Below, in pieces: positions 11,930 through 25,622 of a stretch of DNA of 64,000 bases. The stretch comes from Octopus sinensis (lineage: Eukaryota), in NCBI RefSeq assembly GCF_006345805.1, contig NC_043016.1, forward strand, positions 3,844,001-3,908,000. The letters are read 5' to 3'. A program made the position numbers and the translations under genes. The notes beneath the pieces are model-generated. The model saw only the letters and a list, made by a program, of their open reading frames with translations. It ran no database searches and had not been told where the DNA came from. The number at the start of each line of letters is the position of its first letter. Position 1 is the first letter of the stretch.

Positions 11930-13050
11930 ATTCTATGTTTGACTTTTGCTTTATGCCTGTACAAGTTGGCTCCAAGTCTCACCCAGAGACCTCAAGAGAC
12001 AACAGGTTGGAAGTTCACGTTGTTGTTATGCCTAGTGTGGCATATATTGGAGTATTTTTGTGATGTACTAGTGAATGTCTAATACATAAAAAAAAGTTTG
12101 TTTTAAACCTTGGAATTACATAGAGAGTATTTTGCGTAGGATATGAGCAGTTCCCATGAGCACTATCTTTTGAATTTCTTCCATTTTGGGGTTTCCTGGT
12201 ATCTGAGTTAGGTAGCAATCAGCCCCTTTCGCTATCATTCCCACGGCACCTATGACAACAGGTATTGTTTTAGTCTTCAGGTTCCACATTTTTCTGATTT
12301 CTATTTCAAGATCTTTATATTTGCTCAGTTTTTGGTAAGTCTTGACAGATACATTTATATCGATTTGGACAGTCATATCAATGAGGAGGCATGTTCTTTG
12401 TCTGAAGTCTTTCAATATGATGTCTGGCCTGTTTGCATCTATCTTTCTGTCAGTTTGAATGGTGAAGTTCCAGAGGAGTGAGATGTGGTCATTTTCAAGC
12501 ACTGGAGGTGGATTGTGTTCCCACCAGTTTTTTTCATTGGGCAAATCCAGGTTTTTGCAAATTATCCAGTGAATATATTGTGCAGCTCTATCATGTCTGT
12601 TGAGGTATTCTGTGGGCGCTAGAAGACTGCATTTGGAGACAACATGATCAATGGTTTCATTTTGCTGTTGACATACACGACATGTTGGGCTACTGCCGTT
12701 CTTTAATATGTTAGACTGGTAGTTTCTTGTTGGTAAGGATTGATCTTGAGCTGCTATGATGAACCCCTCTGTTTCAGATTTTAAGCCAGAGGCCATTAGT
12801 CATTGATGGGTCAGGGCTTTGTCAATATCTGCATTATTCGCTCTCTTTGGGTATTTGCCATAGAGAGGTTTTCTTGCTATTTATTATTCAGAATATCTAA
12901 GGCCGCAGTTTTGGCACGGGTTTTCATGCGCCTAACATTTTCTGTGCTTGTTTCTTGTATGTTTATCTCGAATTCCAAAATTTGCTGTATTCGGAATTCA
13001 CTTAGATATTCCTTTGCCTGTTTTGTTACTAAGTATGATGCCTTCTTATT
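11930..13050 (-). mobile_element. 3' part of R4/Dong-like LINE (CCHC finger, restriction-like endonuclease, 3' UTR)
   Basis: ORF 12116..12796: GLKSETEGFIIAAQDQ, CRVC...ETIDHVVSKC, RHD, RPDIILKD...LIDM, KLSKYKDL, LMGTAHILRKIL. Flanked by (ATT)n on both sides. Confidence 0.92.
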
Positions 13051-13054
13051 TTCA

Positions 13055-13085
<31 letters not shown>

Positions 13086-13152
13086 TATTATTATTAATAT
13101 TATTATTATTAATATTATTATAATTATTATTATTATTATTATTATTATTATC

Positions 13153-13196
<44 letters not shown>

Positions 13197-13281
13197 CATC
13201 ATCATCATCATCATCATCATCATCGTCATCATCGTCATCATCATCATCATCATCATCATTCATCATCATCATCATCATTAA

Positions 13282-13325
<44 letters not shown>

Positions 13326-13636
13326 TTGCCATTATCATTACCATTATCATTATTATTATTTTTATTATTATTATTATTATATTATATTAATACTATTATC
13401 ATTACTATTATCATATTATTATTTTGTTATTATTATTGTTATTATTATTATTAATAATATTATTATTATATTATTATATTATCATTATTATTATTATCAT
13501 TATTATTATTATTATTATTATTACTATTATCATTATTATTATATTATTATTATTATTATTATTATCATTATTATCATTGTTAATATTATTATGTATTATT
13601 ATTAATATTTTATTATTATTATTATTATCATTATTA

Positions 13637-13667
<31 letters not shown>

Positions 13668-13891
13668 TGTTAATATTATTATTATTATTATCATTATCAT
13701 TATTATATTATTATTATTATTATTACTATTATCATTATTATTATTATTATCATTATTATTATCACTATTATTATTATTATTATTATTATATTATCATTAT
13801 TATATTAGTATTATTATTATTATTATTATTGTCATTATTATTATTATTATTATATTATTTATTATTATTACTATTATCATTATTATTATTA

Positions 13892-13944
<53 letters not shown>

Positions 13945-13960
13945 TATTATTATTATTATT
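13050..13960. repeat. Long imperfect (ATT)n/(ATC)n microsatellite
   Basis: Seen directly. Confidence 0.95.
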
Positions 13961-13961
13961 T

Positions 13962-16850
13962 TCAGTAGTTTTATTTTTATAGCGTGCTTTCACTTCACTA
14001 CCGAGCGCAGCTCTGGGTGCCTTGGGTATGTGCTGTGATTTGTTGTGATGCTCTGATGGTTATTGTATGGAAAGTGTTCTGCGTATGATGTGTGCAGTGC
14101 CTAGTAGTGCAATTTTCTGTATGTTATATGTGTTTGTAAGTCCTGGTGTTTTTGTTATGTATTTGTCTGAATATTTTTTTATCATGCCTAATGCACCTAC
14201 TATGATAGGAATTGTTTCTGTTTTCAGATTCCACATTCTAGTTACCTCTATTTCCAGGTCTTTATTTCTCCATTTCTTTTAGAGACACGTTGTCATCTGC
14301 CGATATTGATACATCAATTAGAAAGCATTTTTCTTCTTCATGATCTCTGACAACTATATCTGGTCTGTTGGCCTTAATTTCTCTATCTGTGTGTATCGGC
14401 ATATCCCAGAGTATGGTTGCTTTCTCGTTTTCTGTGACCTTTTCTGGTGTGTGCCTATACCATCTTTTTTCTGTTGTTATTCCATAATGTTGGCATAGCT
14501 TCCTATGTATGTAGGTTCCAACTCTGTCATGTCTGTGAATATATTCCTTCTTAGCCAGGCCTGGGCAGCTAGAGATAATATGATTTATTGTTTCTTGTCC
14601 ATCTCCACATATTCTGCAGTTACTTGTAATATTTCTTTTATTACATGTTTTTGGTAATTTCTGGTGGGGAGGCTTTGGTCTTGTGCTGCAATTAAAAATC
14701 CCTCTGTTTCTGCTTTGAGTCCTGAGCTTCTCAACCATTGCTGGGATTTTTCTTGTCTATTTCTTTTGCGTTTAGTTTAGTCCAGTATTTACCATGAAGG
14801 GCCTTTTCTTGCCTTCGTTTTATCATGGTTCGTTGCTGTTCTATTTTTAGTTTGGATTTCATTTGTTGTTTCTTCATCTTCTTCTTCTTCATGTTATTAG
14901 GTGGTATGATTTTTTGTTTGTATTGTCATCTTCCTTAAATACTGAGAACAGTTTTTGTTTTGCTCGTGTTTTGCCGCTATCTGGATCAGTTTTCCTTCCT
15001 TCTGAAGTAGATATTTTTGCAATCCTATGGTGGTTATTTTATAGTAGTTTCCAGCTGTATAAGGCCTCTACCACCTCTATACGTTGTATATATAGCCTTT
15101 CAATGTCAGATTTTGGGTGATGCATCCTAGATCCTGTCATTATTTTCTTGTTTTCCTATCTATTTTGGTCAGTTCATTTGGTGTCCAGTTAAGGATATTG
15201 TAGCTGTAACTTATAACTGGGACAGTTAAAGTGTTGATACCTATTATCTTGTTTTTAGCATTGAGCTCTGTTTTTAGTATTGATCTAACTCGTCTATAAT
15301 ATTCTTTTTTATTTTCTCTTTCATTTGTGTGTGTTGCGTCTTATCTAGTTCATGGATTCCTAAGTATTTGTAAGTTTGGCTTTGGTCTAATTCTTTTATT
15401 TCATTGGTTTTATCTAGTGTGATGTTGTTACTCTTAACTAGTTTTCCTCTTTTCATGGTACTTTGGCGCATTTTTCTAATCCAAATTTCATATCTATTTC
15501 TTCGGTAAATCCATGAACTGTCTTTAATAGTGTTTCCAGCTGTTTGTCATTTGCAGCGTATAGTTTTAGGTCATCCATATATAAAAGGTGGCTGATCGTT
15601 TTGCCGTAACATTTATATCCGCATCCAGTTCTATTTAGTATATCAGATAGAGGTGACAGTGCCAAGCAGAAAAGGAGTGGAGAGAGCGTGTCTCCTGTGG
15701 AATATTCCTCTTCTAATGGGGATGTCTTTGGTTTTCATGAGTCCCTCTTTTGTTGGAGGTGTAGGACTGTTTGCCATTTATTCATAGAGTGCTCTATGAA
15801 TTTTATGATTGTGGTGCTACTTGTTAATGGCTAGTGTTTCGAGGATCCATGTTGGGGGATGCTATCAAACGCCTTTTTTGTAGTCAATCCAGGCCATACT
15901 GAGGCCTTTCTTCTTTCTGTGGCTCTCTTCAGTTATGGCTTATTAATCGTTAGTTGATCTTTACAGCCATATGAGCCTTTGCGGCATCCTTTCTGCTCTT
16001 CTGGGAACAGTTTGTTTTCGTCCAGGTGCTTGTTCAGCCTTTGCGATATCACTGCAGTAAATGCCTTGAACATAGTAGGGAGGCGGGTTATTGGTCTGTA
16101 GTTTTCTGGTTTTGCTGTTTCATTTGATTTGGGAATTAAGATGGTTTTCCCTTTCGTGAGTCATTCAGGTATTGTCTCTGGCTCTGCTAGTATGTTGTTA
16201 AAGTTTTCAGCCAGCTTTTTGTGTATTCCTGTTAGATATTTCAACCAGAAGTTGGGGATCTTGTCATGCCCAGGTGCCTTCCAGTTGCTTAGTCTTTGCA
16301 GTGCCTGGGTGACCTCTTCAGTTGTTATGGGGGTCCAAAGTTGTTCAGATGCTGAGTTTGTTATTTTGATACTCCTTTTTTTTGGCTGCTCGTTCGCCGA
16401 CCATATTTCTCTCCAGAATTCTTCCAATTCTTCTGCCGTTGGTGCTGCATGACTTCTATTTTATTTTTGCCCAGTTCTTGGTAGAACGTTTTGGGGTGGG
16501 GTTGAACTTTTTGTTTTGTTCAAAGAAGCGTTGGCGTTTCTCGTACCGGCGGATCCTTTGTGCTTTGGCAAGGATATCTTGCTTCAGCTTTTCTTTTATC
16601 TCAGGCAAATCTTTCTCTGTGATGTTATATTGCGGAGTATTTTTGTCTCTTTTTGTTGCTCAGTAGCGTTGATTGTTTGCTGATTCATTAAGAATCGACA
16701 GGTCTTTTCTAATTTTTTTATATTTTGTTTTGGATGTTATTTATCCACAGGGTTTTTTTGGGTGGTGATGGTACTCCTTTTTGGGCGGGTTTGGGTGAGT
16801 ATCCAGCTTCTTTTGTGGCTGCAGTGGCTGCTGCGTATATTAAGTCGTTT
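13962..16850 (-). mobile_element. R4/Dong-like LINE, second lineage (RT, CCHC, RLE), frameshifted and 5'-truncated
   Basis: NWKAPGHDKIPNFWLK, ISHLLYMDDLKLYA, MKFGLEKCAK, YKYLGI, CRICG..ETINHIISSC, RHD, RPDIVVRD..LIDVS. Flanked by (ATT)n. Confidence 0.92.
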
Positions 16851-16886
16851 TTATTATTATTATTACTATTATTATTATTATTATTA

Positions 16887-16928
<42 letters not shown>

Positions 16929-17083
16929 TATCATTATCTTTATTATTATCATTATTATTATCACTATTATTATTATTATTATTATTAATATTATTATCAT
17001 TATTATTATTAGTATTATTATTATTATATTATTATTATTATTATTATTATTATCACTATCATTATTATTATATCATTATCATT

Positions 17084-17115
<32 letters not shown>

Positions 17116-17172
17116 CATTATTATTATTATTATTATTATTATCATTATTATTATTATTATTATTATTATCAT
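16851..17172. repeat. (ATT)n microsatellite
   Basis: Seen directly. Confidence 0.95.
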
Positions 17173-17745
17173 TGAGTGAGAGAGCAGTTCATGCCATCAA
17201 AGTGACACTGGAGTAAAATATACGAAGCCCAATATACCCATCATGACTACCCGTCTGATAAGGGTACACCAGGCACATGCATCACAACCATATGTGCGCC
17301 ACATGGTGATCTCATATCAAGATAAACAGCACATGACCTTGCAGGTGGGGCCCAGTTAGAATTTTCTTCGGGTTGAGTAGCCCATCCCGCTCAAAAGGTC
17401 CCTGAATAAGGGTTGTTTAAGGATGTTGAACGAACCACCCATTTTTCCAGAGGAGAATTATTCAAACCTCAAAGAATCCCTCTCAGCAAACGGCCATGAT
17501 GCTCCCCCACTACTTCAGCTCGTGATCAGAGATGCACATATCGTCAGCCACTAAGGGACATGCTCAACTGGTTAAGGCCAAACAACTGACAAACAAATCT
17601 GTGGTTTGAGCAGAATATTTGCTGTAGCCCATCTTTTATACGAAGACAAAGAAATGTACAGGATGACACTTTCAATCAGTTAGGATCAGAAGCCATGAGA
17701 GCCACTGCCTGGTACTGCATCATGGCATGTTACTGCATCAGGGCA
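17173..17745 (+). mobile_element. ~520-bp AAT-associated interspersed element (full length)
   Basis: Same sequence as 10897-11425 and 30392-30922 (rc). (ATT)n on both sides; small terminal duplication TACTGCATCA. Confidence 0.9.
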
Positions 17746-17842
17746 TTTATTATTATATTATTATTATTATATTATTATTATATTATTATTATTACTATTA
17801 TTATTATTATTATTATTGTTATTATTATTATTATTATTATTA

Positions 17843-17877
<35 letters not shown>

Positions 17878-17909
17878 TATTATTATTCCTGTTGTTGCTG
17901 CTGTTGTGA

Positions 17910-18420
17910 AAAAATTACGATATGCATCTAAATCCAAAGCTTGGAAATATACAGGAAAGCAATGATCCAGATGTTTTGTGGCACAATATTCTTGAACGCA
18001 TCGAATCAAGATGTGTCGTAAGATTCGGGGAAAGCAAGCACCAATATTTTTCGATAAGAATGATTTTCAAATCAAGCCTCTCCTTGAAACTATGCACAAA
18101 AGACACAAGGTTTGAATCTGAAAGAAAACTCACAATCACCCCAGATCCCTATATATCTCCTCTAAGAAAAGTACCCAGAAAAAATTTCGTGAGGTAAATA
18201 ATTGTTGATTAGACAAAAAAAGTGCAAGAATTGGAACTGGCTACTAACACTCTCAACCTGAAAGCATTGTATGACTATCTGAAAGACGTTTTGGGTCTAA
18301 AAAGAAGGGTGACACGGAGCCTATTCATTCTTAGGACGGGTCAAAACTCCTAAGTAGCAAAGATGAATTTCTGAAAAAATGGGCTGAACACTTTATATCT
18401 GTATTTGCCCACCTGTCTAT
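17910..18420 (+). pseudogene. Decayed RTE-like LINE fragment (EN-RT linker)
   Basis: KALYDYLKDVLG...DGSKLLSSKDEFLKKWAEHF at ~18260-18395 resembles the RTE linker ending WxEHF. Confidence 0.55.
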
Positions 18421-20480
18421 AATGTATCGCATGTGGTGGAGGTTGTTGTGGATGGACCTGCTTGGTATTGCGCATCACCAAGCACCTCGACGACAAGCCC
18501 CAACCTCTTTGTTAACACTTTGGCCAGAATTCTGAAGTCTGCCTTCAGCAGCGTTATGGGACTCAAATTGTCTATTTGAGTCTTTTCTTAGAAGTTCCAC
18601 CACTACTCGATTGACAGAATTCGGAATTCTACCGCTCTGCCACCTGTTGCGGTAGACATCTGCTAAAAGGCCGCCAAACAAGTCTAGCATATAAAAATAA
18701 AGTTCATAGTGTCGACCATCCAAACAAGGCAATTTGCATCCACATGCAACCCGTCAACGCATCCTACATTTCCGTGGCTGTTATCGACATTTCGCAACAC
18801 CTTATCGAAGAATCGCAGCATGCTGTCGAGGAAGGCAATGAAATTCATCCTGAATTCCAGACTGAAATGGTTGGGCGAAGTGCTGCTGAAATGCCGAACA
18901 CATTTGCTCGTACTCGAGTACCACGCGCCTATTTCCATCTACCAAAGACCGAGTTGTAGTTTTGCTGCCACGTTGCGCCTCTGTCACTCGGGGATTTCGT
19001 TTTGTTTTGTCTTTGATCACTCACCTTAGCTCTGACAATGCAAACCTTCGTGTTTAGCGTTGAAGAATTGATCCGGAGCCAATCTCGTTGCCAGCATATC
19101 TGTTGCAATTCCTTTCCTAAGCGCATCTTCTAAATTTCTGAGTTTCCTGTGATTTGCCCACGTCCACATTGGCTCATTCAAGAAGTCCAGTCGATAACTG
19201 TCTGACAGTTAGAGATGCCTGACCAGAATTACAAAGCTATTACCAACCCTCTTCTATCCGCTAGCCCCACACAGGGCAAACGGGGCTCTAAGACGGCATT
19301 TCATTCACATACTAGCAATAAAGATTGTGATGTCTGAGGAAATCCGGCTGTCCTGCCCCTGCCGCAGCATAAACAACCACCAGTCTAAAAATCCCCACCC
19401 GTCATTACCGTTCAAAACCAGGACCACTAACTTACCTTCTGGGTTCAGGAAGATAGCCCTTACCTTGAGATCTATACCTCTCCTGAACACCACCGCCGTT
19501 CCACCTCTCATTGTTGTTGCTACTTTTACTATTGCTTTTGTCTCTGATGGTACTGGTGCTGTTGTCTTTTGTTCTGAGTAGAAAGCTTTGAGATGATTTG
19601 TGTCTTTGCACAGGTGACATCTCAACCTTCTATCCTGAACAACCACGTGAAGCTTTGTACCATCTACTAGGCTTGTAAATCCAGGATGGCCTCAACACTT
19701 TGCTAATCTGTCTGGATTAATAACTGCATACACTGTCCTAACCAGTTTTGTTTCTGTATTGTCTTCCTCCGCAGAATAGTGATTTTGTCTTCTATGTCGA
19801 AGTGGTCCGCAGCCAAAAACCAGCAGATGTTTATTTCTGGTGATATATTTAGTATTCTTACTTTGAATGCACGTCGGCTAAGGTAGGTGGGAATGCGGAT
19901 GAGTACGCCGCCCATTAAGGTGGTTGTTCGATTATTTTTGACCTCCTCTTCTGAAATGAGCCTCACTTCGATAGTCCCATATTTTTACTCCTGGCTGGCT
20001 GCATAGGTTTTGCTCTGCCAAACTGGTCGTAATCATTTCTTCATCTGCTGGTATGTTTCCTGTTCACTTCCTCTACTTTTTACTCCAGATCTAAGAATAT
20101 TTAGTGCCTCATTTCTCTTACATTTCTCCAGCATACCGTTTACACTTTTTAATTTATTTTCAATGATAAAATATCTTCGCTTACTTGCGTTGTAAATCGC
20201 TATGAGTGGATTTGCGTCGTTCGTTTCGTTTGTTATCTTTTTCGTTAATGATGTTGGTGGCGGTGATGGGTTTGCTGTTGCCACTGGTAATGATGATGGT
20301 AGTGGTGAAAGATTTCACTCACGCTGTTTTTCTTGTTCTTGTTGCTGTTGTTGTCGTAGTTGCTTCTGCTGCTGTTAAAGCTGTCACCGTCTTTTATGAC
20401 TTGGTTGTTCTATTTTGCGCACGACCTGCTTCTCTTTTCAGCGGATGTAAATTCCCGTTCACCATCATTTTAAAATAAAA
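18420..20480 (-). mobile_element. Tx1/L1-clade LINE remnant (ORF1 knuckle, APE and RT fragments, internally deleted)
   Basis: RLRCHLCKDTNHLK (zinc knuckle), GGTAVVF...PEGKLVVL (APE), PCLDG..YELY...GRIPNSVNRVVVELLRKD and following DFRILAKVL (RT). Confidence 0.75.
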
Positions 20481-20639
20481 AATGAGGAACGTATCAGCCT
20501 ACACAAACATCAAATAAGCCCCTAAGGGTTACGAAAGAAGAACTAACCAGCTCCCTTAGTTTCTGGTTGGTCTATCCATATTGTTGTTAACATCCTTTTT
20601 GTGTCGGGAGACAATGGAGTTGCGCATAAAATAATCTAG

Positions 20640-20940
20640 TCCGGCTTTTACATTTCATGTCCTAATACATCTCCTGCTGTGGCTGTGTAGTCCTATCCTG
20701 GACAAACACTCCCTCTGGCAGATGCCGCAAATGTAGGGAAGACTTTGCCTGGCTGGTTGTAATGTCATTCTTTCTTGTTGACGTCTTTTCTTGTCTTTCC
20801 ATTTCTCCTCTCTTTCTCTGTGTCACTCCTTTGTGTTCCCTCTGTTACGGTATGTCGCCAATATCCACGGTTGCTGGCAACTGCTTCCCAGTTACTAATA
20901 TTGATGTTGCAGGCCTCCAAGTCCCCAACAAAGATGTCCT
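20640..20940 (-). pseudogene. RTE-like LINE C-terminal fragment
   Basis: Minus strand translates to ..DLEACNINISNWEAVASNRGYWRHTVTEG, the RTE C-terminal WE..A.DR..WR motif. Confidence 0.55.
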
Positions 20941-21377
20941 CTATCTATGTAACGATAACAAATATACAATGAAAAACAATGTGTAACGATGTACATAACA
21001 ACAAACTTACGGAAGTGAGGTGCATCCCGTGTCGATAGAGAAGCAACATCAACATTAATAATAATAATGGTATCTGAATTAAATTCAAGGTTAAATTTTT
21101 AGGCGAGAGGTTGTCGATATCATCGTCCAAATACTGGAACTTTATTTCATCGTCATCGGAATTATGAAAGGTGAAAATCATTTCCATTGAAATTGAACCT
21201 AGATATATATGCATCAAGAACAAATAGTAGAAGATATTTTGTCCAAAATTCTAATAAAAGTTACAATAAATTCATTTGTAGCAATAACAAAACCGACAAC
21301 CATAATAATAGTGATTTTTTATGTTTATTCATCATTGTTAAAAGATAGAGTAATCATTTTGAATAAATAATCCAGCA

Positions 21378-21606
21378 TTATAATAATAATAATAATAATA
21401 ATAATATAATAATAATAATAATAATAGTAATAATAATAATAAAAATAATAATAATTATAAAAATAATAATAATAATAATAACAAAATAATAATGAGTTGT
21501 AGTAGTAGTAGTAGTTGTAATAGTAGTGGTAGTAGCAGTAATAATAATAATAATAATAATAAGTAAAAACAACAATAATATTAATAATAATAATAATAAT
21601 ATAATG

Positions 21607-21674
<68 letters not shown>

Positions 21675-21765
21675 GATAATGATAATAGTAATAATAATAA
21701 TAATATTAATAATAAAATGATAATAATAATAATAATAAATAATAATAATAATAATAATAATGATA

Positions 21766-21818
<53 letters not shown>

Positions 21819-21820
21819 CA
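21378..21820. repeat. (AAT)n microsatellite
   Basis: Seen directly. Confidence 0.95.
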
Positions 21821-22240
21821 CATGTTTAGCAACAAAGTTTTTGTTATAATAATAAACACATTTTAAACTATTTCATTTACTATTATCATTATTATCATCC
21901 TCGCCGTTATCTTCCTCCTCCTCCTACTCCTACTCATCATCATCATCATCATCGTTAATAATAATAATGATGATAATTGCGTCTGATAAAGACACAAACC
22001 CTGAAATTTGGTGAAGGAGAATACTTGATAGTTTCACCTACAGTACTTGAGTTGTAATATTTTCATCAATCATGGAAGAGTGAAAGGCAAAGTTAACTAT
22101 GGCAGGATTTGATCTCAGAGCATAAAGAACCAGAATAAATCCGTATGCATTTCACTGACTCTCTAATGATTGTGTCAAACCACAACCTTAACAATGACAG
22201 GCAATAATAAAATAATAATAATAATAATAATAATATAAAT

Positions 22241-22340
22241 NNNNNNNNNNNNNNNNNNNNNNNNNNNNNNNNNNNNNNNNNNNNNNNNNNNNNNNNNNNN
22301 NNNNNNNNNNNNNNNNNNNNNNNNNNNNNNNNNNNNNNNN
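22241..22340. other. Assembly gap (100 N)
   Basis: Run of N between (AAT)n and (CA)n repeats. Confidence 1.
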
Positions 22341-22390
22341 TTTCCATTCTCGAACAAACACACAGACACACACGCACGCACACACACACA

Positions 22391-22421
<31 letters not shown>

Positions 22422-22784
22422 AACAAACAACACGCACTCACAAGCATTCATATACTCTTTATGTTGAGTTGTCTTGTAAGGAGTGTAAGTTACTTTGCTC
22501 TCAGCCATAAGTATATTATTAGAGCGATAAAGTTATGCAAATAGTATGCGCCGGATTAGATGCTTTGCAATATCAATTTTCTAACTTCACAATCCGTAAT
22601 GGGAACCTTACGCGGCTGGAAGAATAACGTTCCTTTCAGTTGCTTACTATAGTAGGTATAACATTAGTCTTATGTTAAGTTGAAAAAATATTTTTGCTTT
22701 AGTCACCCGCATGGTCATGGTCATTAGATTTGCTACTAAACGTAGTAATCAAAATTACTCAAGCTACATTATATGTATAAAAAC

Positions 22785-22816
<32 letters not shown>

Positions 22817-23239
22817 CACACACACACTCACCACACATTGAGTAATGACGTCCTGGACATATTTCATTAGGAAAAAAAAGAGCAAAGCAAGAAGGTATGT
22901 TTGTAAACTTTTGATCGTAGTCTGTTTAGAGTCAAAAGAAACTCGGGTTTCAAAAACTAAACAACAGAGACACAGTAGCAACGCTAACAACAACAATTTG
23001 ATTAGTCTTCATCAGCTGCATGTACCTAAACAAGATTTCAATGTTGCCGCATCAATACTAGTATATGTATATAATATATATATATATAAATAATATATAT
23101 ACATACATACATACCATACATATATATATATGTATATGTTAGAATATATATCTATCTATACACACACACACACACAACCACATACACACACACCCACACC
23201 CACATACACACACACACGCAACAGCAGCAATAATAATAA

Positions 23240-24020
23240 TCATCTCTACGATAGGTACGAAGAGTGAAATTTGGGGGGAGGAGACCCCCAGTGTTTCACT
23301 TGTACTTAATTTATTGACCCTGAAAGGATGAAGGGCAAAGTCGACCTCAGCAGAATTTGAACTCAGAATATGAAGACAGACGAAATACTGCTAAGCATTT
23401 TGTCCGGCGTGCTAACGATTTAACCAGCACCTCGCCTTAGTAGCAATAATAATAATCTTTTCTGGTACAGGCACAAGGCTTGAAATTTTGCACGTGATAG
23501 GGGGACTAGTTGATTACATTGACATCAGTGTTTCACTGGTACTTAATTTATCGACCCCGAAAGGATGAAAGGCAAAATAGACTTCGGCGGAATTAGATTT
23601 AATACCTATTTCTATATTACCCACAAGGAGCTAAACACAGAGAGGACAAATAAGGACAGACAAAGGGATTAAGTGCATTATATCAACCCCAGTGCGTAAC
23701 TGGTACTTATTTAATTGACCCCGAATGGATGAAAGGCAAAGTTGACCTCGGCGAAATTTGAACTCAGAACGTAAAGACAGATGAAATACCTATTTCTTTA
23801 CTACCCACAAGGAGCTAAACACAGAGGGGACAAACAAAGACAAACAAAGGGATTATGTCGATTATATCGATCCCAGTGCGTAACTGGTACTTAATTTATC
23901 GACCCCGAAAGGATGAAAGGCAAAGTCGACCTTGGCGGAATTTGAACTGAGAACGTAACGACAGACGAAATACGGCTACGCATTTCGCCCGGCGTGCTAA
24001 CGGTTCTGCCAGCTCACCGC
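23240..24020 (-). mobile_element. Cluster/multimer of SINE family A
   Basis: Four repeats of the GACCCYGAAWGGATGAARGGCAAA body (~23316, 23553, 23717, 23901). tRNA-like head on the minus strand at ~23940-24020. Confidence 0.9.
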
Positions 24021-24062
24021 TTTAGTAGCAATAATAATTATGATACTAACAACAAAAAAACA

Positions 24063-24093
<31 letters not shown>

Positions 24094-24726
24094 CAAACAA
24101 AACAATAGCTAGAACAACAACAATGACAACAACAACAATAGCATTTGAAAGAATAACACAAAGCAACAAAAAGAGGAAAATAATCGGCATGTTAAAGGGA
24201 GCGAGATTGTTTCAATATACTTACAGCAATAATGCTCTTAAGATATCGCTAAAAATCTCATTCTACTCTCTCCCCGCCATCTATAAATCTGTGGTTTTAT
24301 GTCTAACGTCATATGATATGTTCTCTTTGCTCTGTCTAGGGTCGTATTTATAAATGATTTCTGTGTACAGATATTTCTTTTATACATACGCCTGATTCTG
24401 CGCGCGCGCGCGCGTGTGTGTGCATGCGAGCGCGCGGGTGTTTGCATGTATGCATATGAATCTATCTATATATATATGCGCGCATACACACACGTATATA
24501 CGCGTGTGTGTGAGTATTACATATATATCGCGTATATATATATATAATATACATAAAGATATGTATATATAGGCATACACACATATATGTATGTGCGAAC
24601 ATAGTCATACTCGCACACTCACATGTATGCACGCATTTCACATATTAACGCGCATGTATATGTATGTGTGTATGTATAACCTCATATATATGCATATATA
24701 CATAACTATACATCCATACATATACA

Positions 24727-24751
24727 TATCTATCTATCTATCCATCCATCA

Positions 24752-24810
<59 letters not shown>

Positions 24811-24854
24811 CATCCATCCATCCATCCATCCATCCATCCATCCATCCATCCATC

Positions 24855-24938
<84 letters not shown>

Positions 24939-25150
24939 ATCTATCTATCTAGCTAGCTACCTACCTACCTACGTACGTACGTACCTACCTACCTACCTAC
25001 ATACATACCTACCTACCTACCTACCTACCTACCTACCTACCTACCTACCTACCTACCTACCTACCTACCTACCCACCTACCTACCTACCTACCTACCTAC
25101 CTACCTATCTACCTACCTACCTACCTGTCTTTCTGTCTGTCTGTCTATCT
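24727..25150. repeat. Compound tetranucleotide microsatellite (ATCT/ATCC/ACCT/GTCT)
   Basis: Seen directly. Confidence 0.95.
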
Positions 25151-25622
25151 CTATGTCTATAGCTTTCATCTCACATGTTATTCTCAGATACTGACTCTTT
25201 CACTTTACCCTGGAAGCTTTTTATTCTGTAAACGTTGAGTGATCTGTGCTTCTTAAAGGTAAAAGTTGGTGACTCCCTGCGATACACCTCCTCATTTCCA
25301 AATGATCTTTTTCTAGCTTCCACTTTAATACACACACACACACACATACTTACATTTGCGTGTTTGTGTGCATGTGTGCAGGTGTGTATATATTATACAT
25401 ATATGTGTGCATGTATGTATATAGTAGTAACATAGAAAATGTTAAGTTTCGAAGTGCTCACTCCACCTGCTAGAAATAGTAGTGAAACCCTCCTCAAAAT
25501 ACACCATACTGCTTTAAAAAGAAATGCATATAATGGCTAAGTTGGCCTTAGACACGTGAAACTTTACTATAACGCCGTTGATAATTGATTACTTAAACGT
25601 AAACATTATAACTATTCATATC

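Noticed and set aside
12877-14038. Poly-I/L/Y/N/D ORFs here and at 16.7-17.9, 21.4, 38.5, 42.8, 45.1 and 57.3 kb
   Set aside because: Translations of microsatellites, not genes.
23240-24020. Regularly recurring repeats resembling a CRISPR array
   Set aside because: Units are SINE bodies with shared linkers rather than unique spacers; eukaryotic context and no cas genes.
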